NCBI GenBank assembly: GCA_030038395.1
Contig: JASHOZ010000056.1
Span: 23,607-87,606, forward strand
Length of the DNA: 64,000 bases
Origin: Nitrososphaerales archaeon
Lineage (GTDB): Archaea > Thermoproteota > Nitrososphaeria > Nitrososphaerales > Gagatemarchaeaceae
Direction: 5' to 3'
The notes under the pieces are model-generated. The model had not been told where the DNA came from, searched no databases, and saw only the letters and a program-made list of their open reading frames with translations. Both the position numbers and the translations under genes were made by a program. This document shows positions 1-9,672 of the stretch, piece by piece. Position 1 is the first letter of the stretch. Each line of letters opens with the position of its first letter.

Positions 1-1
1 G

Positions 2-268
2 TCGGCACTGGGGCTTGACAGACGGTGGCTTGGCCGCATCCTTGACGACGGCGCGGTCGACGAACTCGTCTCGTTGGGAAAGAAGTATCGTTTCCACGCG
101 GGCCTCGAGGGGGGCGAAGGGGAGACGTTCGTCCTCGACTGCCCCCTATTCAAATCGAGAGTAGAAGTCGACAGGTCGGAGACGAGCTGGTCCCACGACT
201 CCGGGAGATACGACATTCTCGCGGCGCACCTGGAGCCAAAACAGGCGGCGTGGCCCGGCGCATCCTAG
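2..268 (+). CDS. 3' end of an unidentified protein-coding gene entering from upstream (partial)
   Basis: Frame is open from the window edge to TAG at 266-268, with G/C-rich third codon positions. No recognisable motif. The antisense frame is also partly open, so the strand call is tentative. Confidence 0.3.
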   Translation, partial: SALGLDRRWLGRILDDGAVDELVSLGKKYRFHAGLEGGEGETFVLDCPLFKSRVEVDRSETSWSHDSGRYDILAAHLEPKQAAWPGAS

Positions 269-397
269 AGGTCCATCAGAAGGCCTATATCCTCAGACGC
301 CGGAGAAAAGGTGCTCTAGATGAAGGGATTCGGAAGAGCCGTCTGAGTTCTACGATGAAGATCAAGCCAAAGATAGAGCGCTAGCGGCCCAAGCCCA

Positions 398-1528
398 TCA
401 CGTCGCCCGGGGGGAACCCTCGGAACGCCCTGAGCGGACCGTGCCACGGTGACCCTCACCCGAACCGATCCTTCGCGTCTTCTCCACGATCCGGTTCCGC
501 AGCTGCCGCATGCCATCTCCGCGCGTCGCCGACGTTCTGACCGAGTCGAGTGCCGCAAACCTGTCACCAAGACTGATGTCAGCCGACCCCCGCGGAAGCC
601 GGTCGACCTTGTTGAGCACAAGCAGGACCTTCTTTGGGTCGACCGCGAGCTGCTCAAGGTTCTCGATGCAGCTCATCAACTTCGTCGTGACCGTCTCCAG
701 CGGCTCGCTCGCGTCGACCACGAGCAGGATCAAGTCGGCATACGTGAGCTCTTCCAGCGTTGACTTGAAGGACTCGACCAGATATGTCGGGAGCCTCGAG
801 ATGAAACCCACCGTGTCCGACAGCATCACCTTCTTCGAGCCAGGGAGCGCAATCGAGCGTGTGGTCGTGGAGAGGGTCGTGAAGAGGTTCGGCGACTCTT
901 CCTTCGACTCTGACGCGAGCCTGTTGAACAGGGTAGTCTTACCGCTGCTGGTGTACCCCGCGAGCGAGACGAGGGCCTCGCCCAGCTTCGCTCGTTCCTT
1001 TCGCTGCACCTCGCGACTCGTCTCCGCCTTGGCCAGCTTCTCCCTGATGAACGCCATCCTGCGCCTGAGGGCCTTGAATTTCACATCCACAGCCAGCTCT
1101 CCCATCCCCATGAACCCCGCCCGCTCGCCCGCGGTCGAGTTCCTGACCGCGTCCTTCGTCCTGGGGAGCTCGTAGCGCAGCTCGGCGAGCTGGACCTGGA
1201 GTTTAGCCTGCGCCGTCGCCGCTCTCATGGCGAAGATATTCAGAATCAGCCTCTCCCGGTCGATCACTTCGGCCCGCGCCAACCTTGCAAGGTTGTTCGC
1301 CTGCGCAGACGTGAGGCTCTCGTCGACTATGATTACGTCAGAGCCGTTCTCGTCTACGACTGCAGCAAGCTCCTGCGCCTTGCCTTCGCCGACCCCGAAC
1401 TCGGACTTCAAGACCTGCTTCAGTCCTATAACCATCGCAACGGTGTACCCCGCAGCCTTCGCGAGCTCCTCTGCCTCTCTCATCATGAAGTCGTCAGAAT
1501 ACGTCACGATTGTGGCTTTCATGGTCAC
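398..1528 (-). CDS. hflX: GTPase HflX
   Basis: 376-aa ORF. G1 'GYTSSGKTTLFNRL', G3 'DTVGF' and G4 'NKVD' follow an HflX-type N-terminal domain and the linker 'LQVQLAELRYELPR'. Confidence 0.85.
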   Translation of the reverse strand: MTMKATIVTYSDDFMMREAEELAKAAGYTVAMVIGLKQVLKSEFGVGEGKAQELAAVVDENGSDVIIVDESLTSAQANNLARLARAEVIDRERLILNIFAMRAATAQAKLQVQLAELRYELPRTKDAVRNSTAGERAGFMGMGELAVDVKFKALRRRMAFIREKLAKAETSREVQRKERAKLGEALVSLAGYTSSGKTTLFNRLASESKEESPNLFTTLSTTTRSIALPGSKKVMLSDTVGFISRLPTYLVESFKSTLEELTYADLILLVVDASEPLETVTTKLMSCIENLEQLAVDPKKVLLVLNKVDRLPRGSADISLGDRFAALDSVRTSATRGDGMRQLRNRIVEKTRRIGSGEGHRGTVRSGRSEGSPRAT

Positions 1529-1586
1529 GAGGTCAGATGGGCATCAGGAAAGACGAGACTCTGAGCTTATCTGCGTCAGTCCGGTC

Positions 1587-1736
1587 CTACTGGAAGCCCA
1601 GTCCGGACGAGTCCATCTTCCGTACGCAGCTTGCGCATCGGAGGCCGCGAGGGGTCCTATAGAGCCGTTCCACCGCTCCACAGTTGGGACACGCCTTCGG
1701 CTGCAGCCGTGGCTGCTGGACGGATTCCGTCAACAT
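1587..1736 (-). CDS. 49-aa zinc-ribbon mini-protein (CPNCG ... CASC)
   Basis: Not in the ORF track because it is under 60 aa. ATG at 1736, TAG at 1587-1589. Translation is MLTESVQQPRLQPKACPNCGAVERLYRTPRGLRCASCVRKMDSSGLGFQ. Same strand as flanking aIF5A and hflX, with a GGTGGGG purine tract just upstream of the ATG. Confidence 0.35.
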   Translation of the reverse strand: MLTESVQQPRLQPKACPNCGAVERLYRTPRGLRCASCVRKMDSSGLGFQ

Positions 1737-1896
1737 CCCCACCCTTCAGACTGTCCCAGCGGCGTCGGTGCGAAGCCTGCCTCACGCCTGAAATGGTTCA
1801 CGGAGGACACTTCGAGCCGTCCCTAATAAGGGCGCTTCCGGCCGATGAGCTCTTCGAGCCCAGGACCCCAGGCGACCAGTCGTAGGGCAGGGGAGG

Positions 1897-2331
1897 TCAC
1901 GAACCGCCCTTCACGCGCATTATCTTCGTCTTGCCGAGCATGAGCCAGTACTCCACTTCCGTGCCAGGAGCGAGCGTCCCATTGAGCTCAGCCATCTCTT
2001 CAGGTGTCGGCTTCGGCGTCTCGAAGACCTCGAAGTTTTCCAGGTCCATCAGCTGCACGGTGTTATCCATTATCGAAGTGATCTGGCCCGACCGCTTGTC
2101 GATCATAGGGACCTCTACCCTAGACTCGGCAGGCGAGACGTAACTCTTCTTCGAACCCGTCGTGATTGATATCGCTACGAGCCTTACCTTCGCGCTCCCG
2201 TGCTTGCCAGGCTTGAAGTGCTCGCGGCTGACGATCTTGCATGGCTCGCCGTCTAAGATGATGTAGCTGCCCTCCTTCAGGCTGCCGAGGTCGGCAGGTC
2301 TGCTGCTCAAGTCAGTCGCGCCCTGCCTCAC
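1897..2331 (-). CDS. eif5a: translation initiation factor 5A (aIF5A)
   Basis: 144 aa. Carries the hypusine-loop signature 'KPGKHGSAKVR' and an OB-fold C-terminal half. Confidence 0.9.
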   Translation of the reverse strand: MRQGATDLSSRPADLGSLKEGSYIILDGEPCKIVSREHFKPGKHGSAKVRLVAISITTGSKKSYVSPAESRVEVPMIDKRSGQITSIMDNTVQLMDLENFEVFETPKPTPEEMAELNGTLAPGTEVEYWLMLGKTKIMRVKGGS

Positions 2332-2442
2332 GGTGGAAACTAAATAAGCGCATCAGCTTCCACTCGTTTCTTCAACGCCGGTTCACTGGTCCAGGCCCGA
2401 TTCCGTCAAGACCCCAGATCTGCCTAGGCAAGTGTCAGCCTT

Positions 2443-3138
2443 CTAGAATGTGTCGACCGTGTCCAGACGACCGCCCATGAAGTGGTCCTCGAGGACCCTC
2501 CTTTCGGTCTTTCGCAGGGACTCGAAGAGGGTCGGCGCGGAGACCCCCACTTCCTTCGCCAGCGCCCTAATGCGGATACGCTTCGGGAAGTCGAAGTACC
2601 CTCTCTCGAAGGCGGTCTGCAATAGCCACTCTCGCCTCGGAGTAATCCCTCGCCTGGGTCGGACCTCCGAAATCGTGTCTATCCGGTAATCCACGCGCCT
2701 CTGAGCGAGCTTTCTCAACAGGCCCTTCAACGACCTCTTCGTCCCAAGCACTCTCCATTCGATCTCTTTCCCCGCCCCGTTCGAGGCAAACGCGAGAAAA
2801 CAGTCCGAATCGGCTATGCATCTCATGATCAGCCCTTTCGCCCTTATCAGCCCCACAAGTCTGCCTTGGCCAGAGTGGGTTATCGCGAGCTCGGAGACCT
2901 CGGGGTCGGCTCTGATTTCCTCGATCAATTCCTGCTTTGACTTCTGGTCGACAATCACCTCGATCAGTTGTAGCACGCCGTCCCGTCCACGCGAGCGCTT
3001 TGATCTAAGGATCCTCAGTCTCGCGTGATAGCGCAGGGTAATCGTCTCTATCCAGTGTTGATGACCCGTCGCGACGACGGAGGCTTCGATAAGCTCCAAT
3101 TGATTGACCGATTGCAATGGCGAGATCCTTAAAACCAT
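2443..3138 (-). CDS. HTH_10 (Bat-type) helix-turn-helix transcriptional regulator
   Basis: The C-terminal 'GYFDFPKRIRIRALAKEVGVSAPTLFESLRKTERRVL' matches the archaeal HTH_10 DNA-binding domain pattern. The N-terminal sensor part is unassigned. Confidence 0.6.
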   Translation of the reverse strand: MVLRISPLQSVNQLELIEASVVATGHQHWIETITLRYHARLRILRSKRSRGRDGVLQLIEVIVDQKSKQELIEEIRADPEVSELAITHSGQGRLVGLIRAKGLIMRCIADSDCFLAFASNGAGKEIEWRVLGTKRSLKGLLRKLAQRRVDYRIDTISEVRPRRGITPRREWLLQTAFERGYFDFPKRIRIRALAKEVGVSAPTLFESLRKTERRVLEDHFMGGRLDTVDTF

Positions 3139-3175
3139 GACTAGGATGTTCCCGCCCGGACCTAACTAACGTTAG

Positions 3176-5011
3176 GTGGAACCTTCATGCTGCAAACAGC
3201 CCAACCGGGCGGCATTGACGGCGACGAGCAAGAAGACAGTCCTAGAGCGCGAGGAGTCCAGGATCTGGCTACTGACTCTCTTAGCGGGCATCATCGGGCT
3301 GGCGGCAGGACTCATCGCCTTCGCGCTTTACCACCTCATAGGGCTCATCACGAACGTCTTCTACTATCAGAAGCCGAGTTTCTCGTTCGCTTCGCCTGAG
3401 TTCAACAACCTCGGAGTCCTAGCCATCGCGGTCCCGGCGGTAGGGGGCCTACTGGCAGGCTTGATGATCAAGTTCGGTTCGACCAAGATTACCGGCCACG
3501 GGATTCCGGAGACGATGGAGGCTGTGCTTCTGAATCGGAGCAAAGTCGAACCAAAGGTAGGTGTGCTCAAGGCGCTTTCGGCGGCTGTCACGATCGGGTC
3601 GGGGCAGCCCTTCGGAGCCGAGGGTCCCATAATCCAGACGGGCGGGGCGTTCGGCTCGTTCGTGGGACAGACGATAAGCATGACCGGTTCGGAGAGGAAG
3701 ATTCTCCTCGCGTCCGGCGCCGCAGCCGGGATGGCCGCTATCTTCGGGACTCCGATCGCCGCGGTGCTGCTCGCAGTCGAGCTGCTCTTGTTCGAGTTCA
3801 GGGCGAAGTCTCTCGTCCCAGTTGCCATCGCCTCGGCAATAGGGGCTTGGTTGCACATCTACCTGATCTCCCCCCAGCCTCTCTTCCAGACCCCTTCGTA
3901 CAGTTTCGGTGGTCTCGACTCGCTCCCGTTCTACGTCGCGCTCGGCCTGATCTGCGGGGTCCTCGGTTCCGGCCTTACCAAGGGACTGTATAGAACGGAA
4001 AGGCTCCTCGGAAAGGCCAGGCTGGGGCAGCCCTGGCTTCCTGCGCTGGGCGGACTTGCAGTCGGGGCGATCGGGTTGGCCGCCCCGCAAGTCCTCGGTG
4101 TGGGGTACAACGTGATCGCGGGCGTCTTGAACGGGCAGTACGTCCTGGACCTCGTCGTTCTACTCATAGTAGCCAAGTCGGTGGCTTGGCTCGTCGCGAT
4201 GGGTTCGCAGACGTCGGGCGGGACGCTCGCACCTCTCTTCATCATCGGGAGTTCGATCGGTTACCTGTTCGGGTCGTGGGCGGTCTCAGCCGACGTCGGG
4301 TTGGGCGTTGTCCCGGCAGTCTTCGCCGTGGCCGGAATGGCCGCGGTATTCGGTACAGCTTCACGGGCGCCGCTTACCTCGATAGTATTCGCGCTCGAGG
4401 TGACCAAGGACTACCAAGGCGTGCTTCCGGTGGTCGTAACAGTAGTGATCGCCGAGCTTGTCGGAGAAGCCCTGATGGACGAGTCGATCATGACAGAGAG
4501 GCTGGCGGGAAGGGGTCTGAGGGTCAGGAACTTCTACGAGTACAACCCGCTCCGCCAAGTCAGGATAAAGACACTCATGTCATCGCCAGCGCAGTCGGTT
4601 GACGCCGAGGAGAAGGCGGCCGTGCTCCGCAGGCAGATGTCCAGTAGCGACCACCCCTTCCGGCTAAGGAAGCGGCTCGTCGTAGTTCGGGAAGGCAGAC
4701 CGATTGGCGTGATAGAGGGGGACGACATCAACCAACCGGCGGCAGACCCCCAGTCCGTCACCGTGGGCGAAGTCTGCGGGAAGAGCTTCGAGCAGGTATC
4801 TCAGGACGAATTCGCCTACGAAGGGCTGAGGACAATGGCCCTGCGCGGCGTCTCGTTCCTGGTGGTCGTTGACAGCGAGGGAAAGCTGGTCGGCTATCTC
4901 TCTCAGGGAGACCTGATGCGGGTCCTTAAGCGCAAGATCGAGGACGAGACCATCGTCGAAGGGCCGAGATACGGCCCCGCAGCCTCTGCAGGGCCGCAAG
5001 GAAGTGGGTGA
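3176..5011 (+). CDS. ClC-family chloride channel/antiporter with C-terminal CBS pair
   Basis: Polytopic membrane protein with ClC motifs 'GSGQPFGAEGP' and 'GTPIAAVLLAVE'. The C-terminal soluble region has CBS-like 'VSFLVVVDSEGKLVGYLSQGDLM'. GTG start. Confidence 0.85.
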   Translation: MEPSCCKQPNRAALTATSKKTVLEREESRIWLLTLLAGIIGLAAGLIAFALYHLIGLITNVFYYQKPSFSFASPEFNNLGVLAIAVPAVGGLLAGLMIKFGSTKITGHGIPETMEAVLLNRSKVEPKVGVLKALSAAVTIGSGQPFGAEGPIIQTGGAFGSFVGQTISMTGSERKILLASGAAAGMAAIFGTPIAAVLLAVELLLFEFRAKSLVPVAIASAIGAWLHIYLISPQPLFQTPSYSFGGLDSLPFYVALGLICGVLGSGLTKGLYRTERLLGKARLGQPWLPALGGLAVGAIGLAAPQVLGVGYNVIAGVLNGQYVLDLVVLLIVAKSVAWLVAMGSQTSGGTLAPLFIIGSSIGYLFGSWAVSADVGLGVVPAVFAVAGMAAVFGTASRAPLTSIVFALEVTKDYQGVLPVVVTVVIAELVGEALMDESIMTERLAGRGLRVRNFYEYNPLRQVRIKTLMSSPAQSVDAEEKAAVLRRQMSSSDHPFRLRKRLVVVREGRPIGVIEGDDINQPAADPQSVTVGEVCGKSFEQVSQDEFAYEGLRTMALRGVSFLVVVDSEGKLVGYLSQGDLMRVLKRKIEDETIVEGPRYGPAASAGPQGSG

Positions 5012-6374
5012 AACAGACAGCTTGCTCCTTCAGAACTGGTGGTACACCACGCTCATCGGCACGAAGCGGTCCATCCAGCCTCCCCTCAAAGATGACAGGA
5101 GGTGCGACGTCCTTGTGATTGGCGGAGGCGCGGCGGGACTGGCGGCCGCCTCCCGGCTCGCCGGCTCAGGGAAGAAGGTCGTCCTCGTCGAAAAGAACAT
5201 CTGTGGCGGGAGCTCGACGGGAAAGAGCGCGGGGTTTCTGACTCCTGACAGCGAGTTGGAGCTCTCGCAGTTGGTAAGGCGCTTCGGCGTCCAAGGGGCC
5301 AAAGACCTGTGGGACGTTCCTGTCCGAGGGATTTCTCTGATGCTCGACATGATGAAGTCAGGAGGGTTCGACTGCGACCTGCAGAAGCAGGACAGCCTCT
5401 TCTTGGGGAAAGGGCCAAAGGGGTTCAAAGCGGTCGAGGAAGAGGCGGAGTCGAGGAGGACTCTGGGGTACGGCTCAAGGGTCTACGAGGGGAGCGAACT
5501 TGGTTCCGTGCTGGGCTCGGTGGGCTACTCTTCAGCGATAAGATACGAAGGGACGTACGGAGTAGACGGCCTCAGATACGCACAGGGGCTCAAGGGAGCG
5601 CTCCTGGACAAGGGAGTGGAAGTCTACGAGTCGTCGGAAGTCCTGAAGTTCTCCGGCCACACTGCTACGACCCACATGGGATCCGTCACTGCAGACCAGG
5701 TAGTCTTCTGCGCCGACAAGTTGAGCCCGGCCCTGAGCCCCTACTCCTGGAACGTGTATCACGAACAGACGTTCCTTTCAATTACAGAGCCGCTTAGCGA
5801 ACGGGAGCAGAGGTCACTGTTTCCACAGCAACCCCTCCAGTGCTGGGACTCGGACCTCGTCTACTCCTACTTCCGGCTCACAGGCGCCAAGAGACTCCTC
5901 CTCGGCGGGGGGAGCCTCCTGACGACTTATGCGAAGAACGATGCAACTACCGCGAGGGTGATCGACCACGTGATTGGCGGCTTCAGGCACATGTTTCCCA
6001 ACCTCGGCGGCGTCAAGTTCACGCAATATTGGATGGGGAGGATAGACATGACCCGTGACCTTCTCCCGACCGTGCTGAGGGAGCCCCGGGCCCCTTGGGT
6101 GCACCATGTCTTAGGCTGCGTCGGCCTACCATGGGCTACTTTCTGCGGCGACTTCGCTGCACGACAGGTGCTGGCAGAGAAGGAGACGGGAGACGAGAAG
6201 TACTACGCCTACTTCGACGCTGAGAGGAAATTCCTAGTCCCCATCTGGCTGGAGAGGGCAATCGGGAAGAGGCTGGCCTTTCCCATCAACAACGCCTGGG
6301 CGAAGTACTATCAACGGGACGTGAGGCACGGGCACCCGTCCTCCGCGTCGCCTTGGGCCGCTGCGTCTCCATGA
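5004..6374 (+). CDS. FAD-dependent oxidoreductase (DAO family)
   Basis: Dinucleotide-binding motif 'DVLVIGGGAAGLAAASRLAGSGKKVVLVEK'. The GTG start overlaps the ClC stop, suggesting co-transcription. Confidence 0.75.
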   Translation: MGETDSLLLQNWWYTTLIGTKRSIQPPLKDDRRCDVLVIGGGAAGLAAASRLAGSGKKVVLVEKNICGGSSTGKSAGFLTPDSELELSQLVRRFGVQGAKDLWDVPVRGISLMLDMMKSGGFDCDLQKQDSLFLGKGPKGFKAVEEEAESRRTLGYGSRVYEGSELGSVLGSVGYSSAIRYEGTYGVDGLRYAQGLKGALLDKGVEVYESSEVLKFSGHTATTHMGSVTADQVVFCADKLSPALSPYSWNVYHEQTFLSITEPLSEREQRSLFPQQPLQCWDSDLVYSYFRLTGAKRLLLGGGSLLTTYAKNDATTARVIDHVIGGFRHMFPNLGGVKFTQYWMGRIDMTRDLLPTVLREPRAPWVHHVLGCVGLPWATFCGDFAARQVLAEKETGDEKYYAYFDAERKFLVPIWLERAIGKRLAFPINNAWAKYYQRDVRHGHPSSASPWAAASP

Positions 6375-6562
6375 GCCCCCTAACGTAATTTCGACCACAG
6401 AGCCATGTCCGCGGATGATAACGGGGCCCAAATCGGGTAAACAAACTAAATAAACATCGCACCTGAAGACATGACACAACGGAAGAACATATGGAGTTGC
6501 GAGCTGCTTTTCCGACTTACTGTTGCCTTCCCTCAGAAATGATCGGCTGATGGTTCACCTAT

Positions 6563-7054
6563 TTGTCTGAGCCTGCATACGTCCTCGACTCCACTGCGTT
6601 CTACGCCGGCATCCCGTATCAGGGTAGCGGGCGGTACTATACCACTTACCTAGTGCTCGAAGAGGTCAAGCACAACAACATCGGATCCTCCTTCCTCCAC
6701 TCACGCGTGCACGTCACAGAGCCATCACCTGACTCGGTCAACAAGGTGAAGATGACAGCGATGAAGACGGGTGATGCCGGTGCTCTCTCCCAGACAGACC
6801 TCTCTCTGATTGCCCTCGCGATGGACCTCTCGATAGCGGACGGCGGCGTGAACCTGGTCTCTGACGACTTCGCAGTGAGAAATGTAGCGAAGGTTCTCGC
6901 GATACCTCTCGCGCAGACCTCGATAAAGGGGGGAGCATGGAAGAACATAGTCTGGAAGAACTATTGCAGGGGGTGCGGGAAGGAGTACACGAACCCGAAG
7001 CTGACCGACTGCCCAGTCTGCGGGACCAGACTGGTTCGCAAGGCCACAGGCTAG
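6563..7054 (+). CDS. nob1: Nob1-like PIN-domain endonuclease with C-terminal zinc ribbon
   Basis: 163 aa. PIN-like N-terminus 'YVLDSTAFYAG' and C-terminal 'CRGCGKEY...CPVCGTRL'. The architecture and size are typical of archaeal Nob1. Confidence 0.65.
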   Translation: MSEPAYVLDSTAFYAGIPYQGSGRYYTTYLVLEEVKHNNIGSSFLHSRVHVTEPSPDSVNKVKMTAMKTGDAGALSQTDLSLIALAMDLSIADGGVNLVSDDFAVRNVAKVLAIPLAQTSIKGGAWKNIVWKNYCRGCGKEYTNPKLTDCPVCGTRLVRKATG

Positions 7055-7165
7055 GAGCCTCTGTGCGCAACGGACGCTTAGGCGCTAAGGCTGTCTAACT
7101 AGGTAGCATTATACTACCATGTTTATTAGGGAGGAGTTACGCCCAAACACGTAGAGTGATATTGA

Positions 7166-8137
7166 GTGGATAAGCACCAGACTTCGATTCTGCAGGTTTC
7201 CGACAAGTGCCCGCAGTGCGGCAGGCGCGCTCTGATTGAAGACGCGCACACGGGGGAGCTGACGTGCCAGCAGTGCGGCTTCGTCGTGAGCGAGCGGGGG
7301 GTCGACCAGGGCCCAGAGTGGAGGATGTTCAGCGACGATGGCGCGACCGACAGGGGAAGAGCGGGCGCCCCCACGTCGATCACCTACAAGGACATGGGAC
7401 TATCGACCGTGATTGGCAGGTCCGGTAGGGACGCGTCTGGGAGGGCTTTCGCTTCGCCGATGCGGAGCACGATGGAAAGGCTCAGGAAGTGGGACAACAG
7501 ATCCCCCGCCTTCGGCTCCGCCGAGAAGAACCTCGGCGTCGCGATGCGAGAGCTCGACAAGATGGGCGACAAGCTGGGCGTCTCGCAGGCGGTGAGAGAG
7601 CGCGCCGCCCACATCTACAGGAAGGCACTGGAGAGGGGTCTCCTCCGAGGAAGGTCCATAGTCGGAATCTCGGCCGCGTCACTCTACGCCGCGTTCAGGG
7701 ATACAGAAACCCCCAGGACGCTCAAGGACATCGCCGCGGTCAGCAACCTCGGCAAGAAGGCGGTGGCGAGGGACTACCGCATCCTGCTGAAGGAGATGGA
7801 CCTGAACATGCCGGTGGCGGACGCCGCGAGGAACGTCAACAGGATAGCCTCGAAGGTAGGGCTCCCCGAGAGGGTCGCGCGCAAGGCGATAGAAATCGTC
7901 AGGATGACCGAGGAGAGGGAGATCTCCGCGGGGAAGGCGCCCATGGGGCTGGCCGCGAGCGCCCTATACCTGGCTGGCGTGATGGAAGGCGAGGTGCGGA
8001 CCCAGAAGGAGATAGCGGAAGCCGCAGGGGTGACCGAGGTGACCGTGCGCAACAGGTACAAGGGGCTCAGGGCCGACCTCGGGAAGACGCTCGGGCTAGA
8101 CTCCGAGCTTCCGGAACCTCGGATGGCAGCAGGGTAG
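7166..8137 (+). CDS. tfb: transcription initiation factor IIB (TFB)
   Basis: Zn ribbon 'CPQCGRRALIED...CQQCGFVV', B-finger region 'DQGPEWRMF' and two cyclin-fold repeats. GTG start, with AT-rich 'TTTATTA' about 40 nt upstream. Confidence 0.92.
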   Translation: MDKHQTSILQVSDKCPQCGRRALIEDAHTGELTCQQCGFVVSERGVDQGPEWRMFSDDGATDRGRAGAPTSITYKDMGLSTVIGRSGRDASGRAFASPMRSTMERLRKWDNRSPAFGSAEKNLGVAMRELDKMGDKLGVSQAVRERAAHIYRKALERGLLRGRSIVGISAASLYAAFRDTETPRTLKDIAAVSNLGKKAVARDYRILLKEMDLNMPVADAARNVNRIASKVGLPERVARKAIEIVRMTEEREISAGKAPMGLAASALYLAGVMEGEVRTQKEIAEAAGVTEVTVRNRYKGLRADLGKTLGLDSELPEPRMAAG

Positions 8138-8145
8138 CAAAAGAG

Positions 8146-8259
8146 TGGACTGGGGGGGACCTTCACCCATGAAACCACCCTTAAGGTGTTCCACTGCGAT
8201 TTGAACCCCCGACCTCCTCCGTGCGAGGGAGGCATTCTACCAGGTTGAACTACCAGCCC
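8146..8259 (-). tRNA. tRNA-Ala (anticodon CGC) with a ~40-nt insertion in the T-arm (about 8159-8198)
   Basis: Hand-folded. Acceptor GGGCTGG/CCAGTCC includes the G3:U70 Ala identity pair. D-arm GTTC-AACCTGGTA-GAAT, anticodon arm CCTCC-CTCGCAC-GGAGG, T-stem GGGGG, T-loop TTCAAAT. About 40 nt then precede CCCCC, which closes the T-stem. Discriminator A, no encoded CCA. Confidence 0.8.
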
Positions 8260-8454
8260 ACATGAAAGGACCTTCCACGGCGTTCTTATCTTCTTCTTTT
8301 GCTTCCTTCTTCACGTGAGGCGGATGCTAATGGCGTTGAACCATCGATCATGGCCCGCGTCAATCACTCCTTCATGCATACGGGTCCTGGGAGGCCCAGC
8401 TGCATCAGAGACGGCAGAAACCCTTTTCCAAGCCCACAGAAAGCGAGCCAGTAG

Positions 8455-9672
8455 ATGCCCCGCGGGGACTTGGCCGATAGGCTCCTGTGGCTCGCGAACG
8501 AGAAGGAGATCAGGAACGCCGAGACCACCGACTCTTACTTCCTGAACACGAAGAAGGTCCTCCAGAGGAACCACATCGACAACAGGGTGGTGATGGAGGT
8601 CTACGCGAGGGAAGTGCCGTACGCCGACGGCTGGGGGGTCGTCAGCGGCGTCTACGAGGTGGCGAAGCTCCTCGAAGGCCTCCCCATCAGTGTCTGGGCC
8701 TTCAACGAGGGAGACGTCTTCGTCGCCGACGCATCCAAGGCGATCTACGAGCCGCTAATGGTCATCGAAGGGAGGTACATCGACTTCGCCGAGTACGAGA
8801 ACCCGATTCTCGGCCTCCTCACCACCTCTACGAGCGTGTCTACCAAGGCCGCCAAACTCAGGCTCGCGGCGGGACCGAGGCTCCTCATGAGCTTCGGGAC
8901 GAGGCGCGTTCACCCCGCCCTCTCGGCGCTGGTCGAGAGGAGCTGCTACATCGCCGGGTTCGACGGCGTCTCGAACGTCCTCGCCGCGAAACTCCTCCGG
9001 CTCGAGCCGTCTGGTACGATGCCCCACGCCCTGATTCAGGTCGTCGGGAGCCAGGAAAAGGCATGGCGCCTGTTCGACGAGACGATCCCCTCGAGCGTCC
9101 CACGTGTCGCTCTTGTGGACACCTTCTGGGACGAGAAGGCAGAGTCGATACGCGCCCTAGAGGTGCTCGGGAAGAGGCTGTGGGGGGTTCGGCTCGACAC
9201 CCCTGCGTCGAGGCGCGGGGACTTCCTCAAGATAGTCGAAGAGGTGAGGTGGGAACTCGACATACGGGGGGGCAAGTCGGTCAAGATAATCGTGTCGGGG
9301 AGGCTCGACGAGGAGTCCATCAGGAAACTCAACTCGGTGGCGGACGGTTACGGGGTCGGGACGGCCGTGGCCTATCCTCCAGCCGTGGACCTGAGCGCGA
9401 AGATAGTCGAGGTGACGGACGGCGCACGCGAGTTCAGGGCGAAGAGGGGCGGCCTTGGGGGGCGAAAAGGGGTCTACAGGTCGCCCGGCTTCAACGACTT
9501 CGTGGCTCTGGAAGGGAAGCGGAGGCCCGAGCGCTCAGTGCCTATGCTCCAGCTGTTGCTGAAGGACGGAAAACTCGCAAGAGACTTCGACAGCGTCGAT
9601 ACGATCCGCTCCCGAGTGAAGGCGGGTGTCGAAGAGCTGAGGTCGGCGCAGCCTTCCATTTCCTGGAGATGA
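8455..9672 (+). CDS. pncB: nicotinate phosphoribosyltransferase (archaeal type)
   Basis: 405 aa with an NAPRTase-like N-terminus '...AETTDSYFLNTKKVLQ' and a TIM-barrel-length body. Directly followed by pncA. Confidence 0.8.
   Translation: MPRGDLADRLLWLANEKEIRNAETTDSYFLNTKKVLQRNHIDNRVVMEVYAREVPYADGWGVVSGVYEVAKLLEGLPISVWAFNEGDVFVADASKAIYEPLMVIEGRYIDFAEYENPILGLLTTSTSVSTKAAKLRLAAGPRLLMSFGTRRVHPALSALVERSCYIAGFDGVSNVLAAKLLRLEPSGTMPHALIQVVGSQEKAWRLFDETIPSSVPRVALVDTFWDEKAESIRALEVLGKRLWGVRLDTPASRRGDFLKIVEEVRWELDIRGGKSVKIIVSGRLDEESIRKLNSVADGYGVGTAVAYPPAVDLSAKIVEVTDGAREFRAKRGGLGGRKGVYRSPGFNDFVALEGKRRPERSVPMLQLLLKDGKLARDFDSVDTIRSRVKAGVEELRSAQPSISWR

Noticed and set aside
1-290. Minus-strand frame across the window start with an in-frame TAG (possible pyrrolysine read-through)
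   Set aside because: There is no Pyl machinery or methylamine methyltransferase context. The plus-strand frame is open to the window edge and equally plausible, so there is insufficient evidence.
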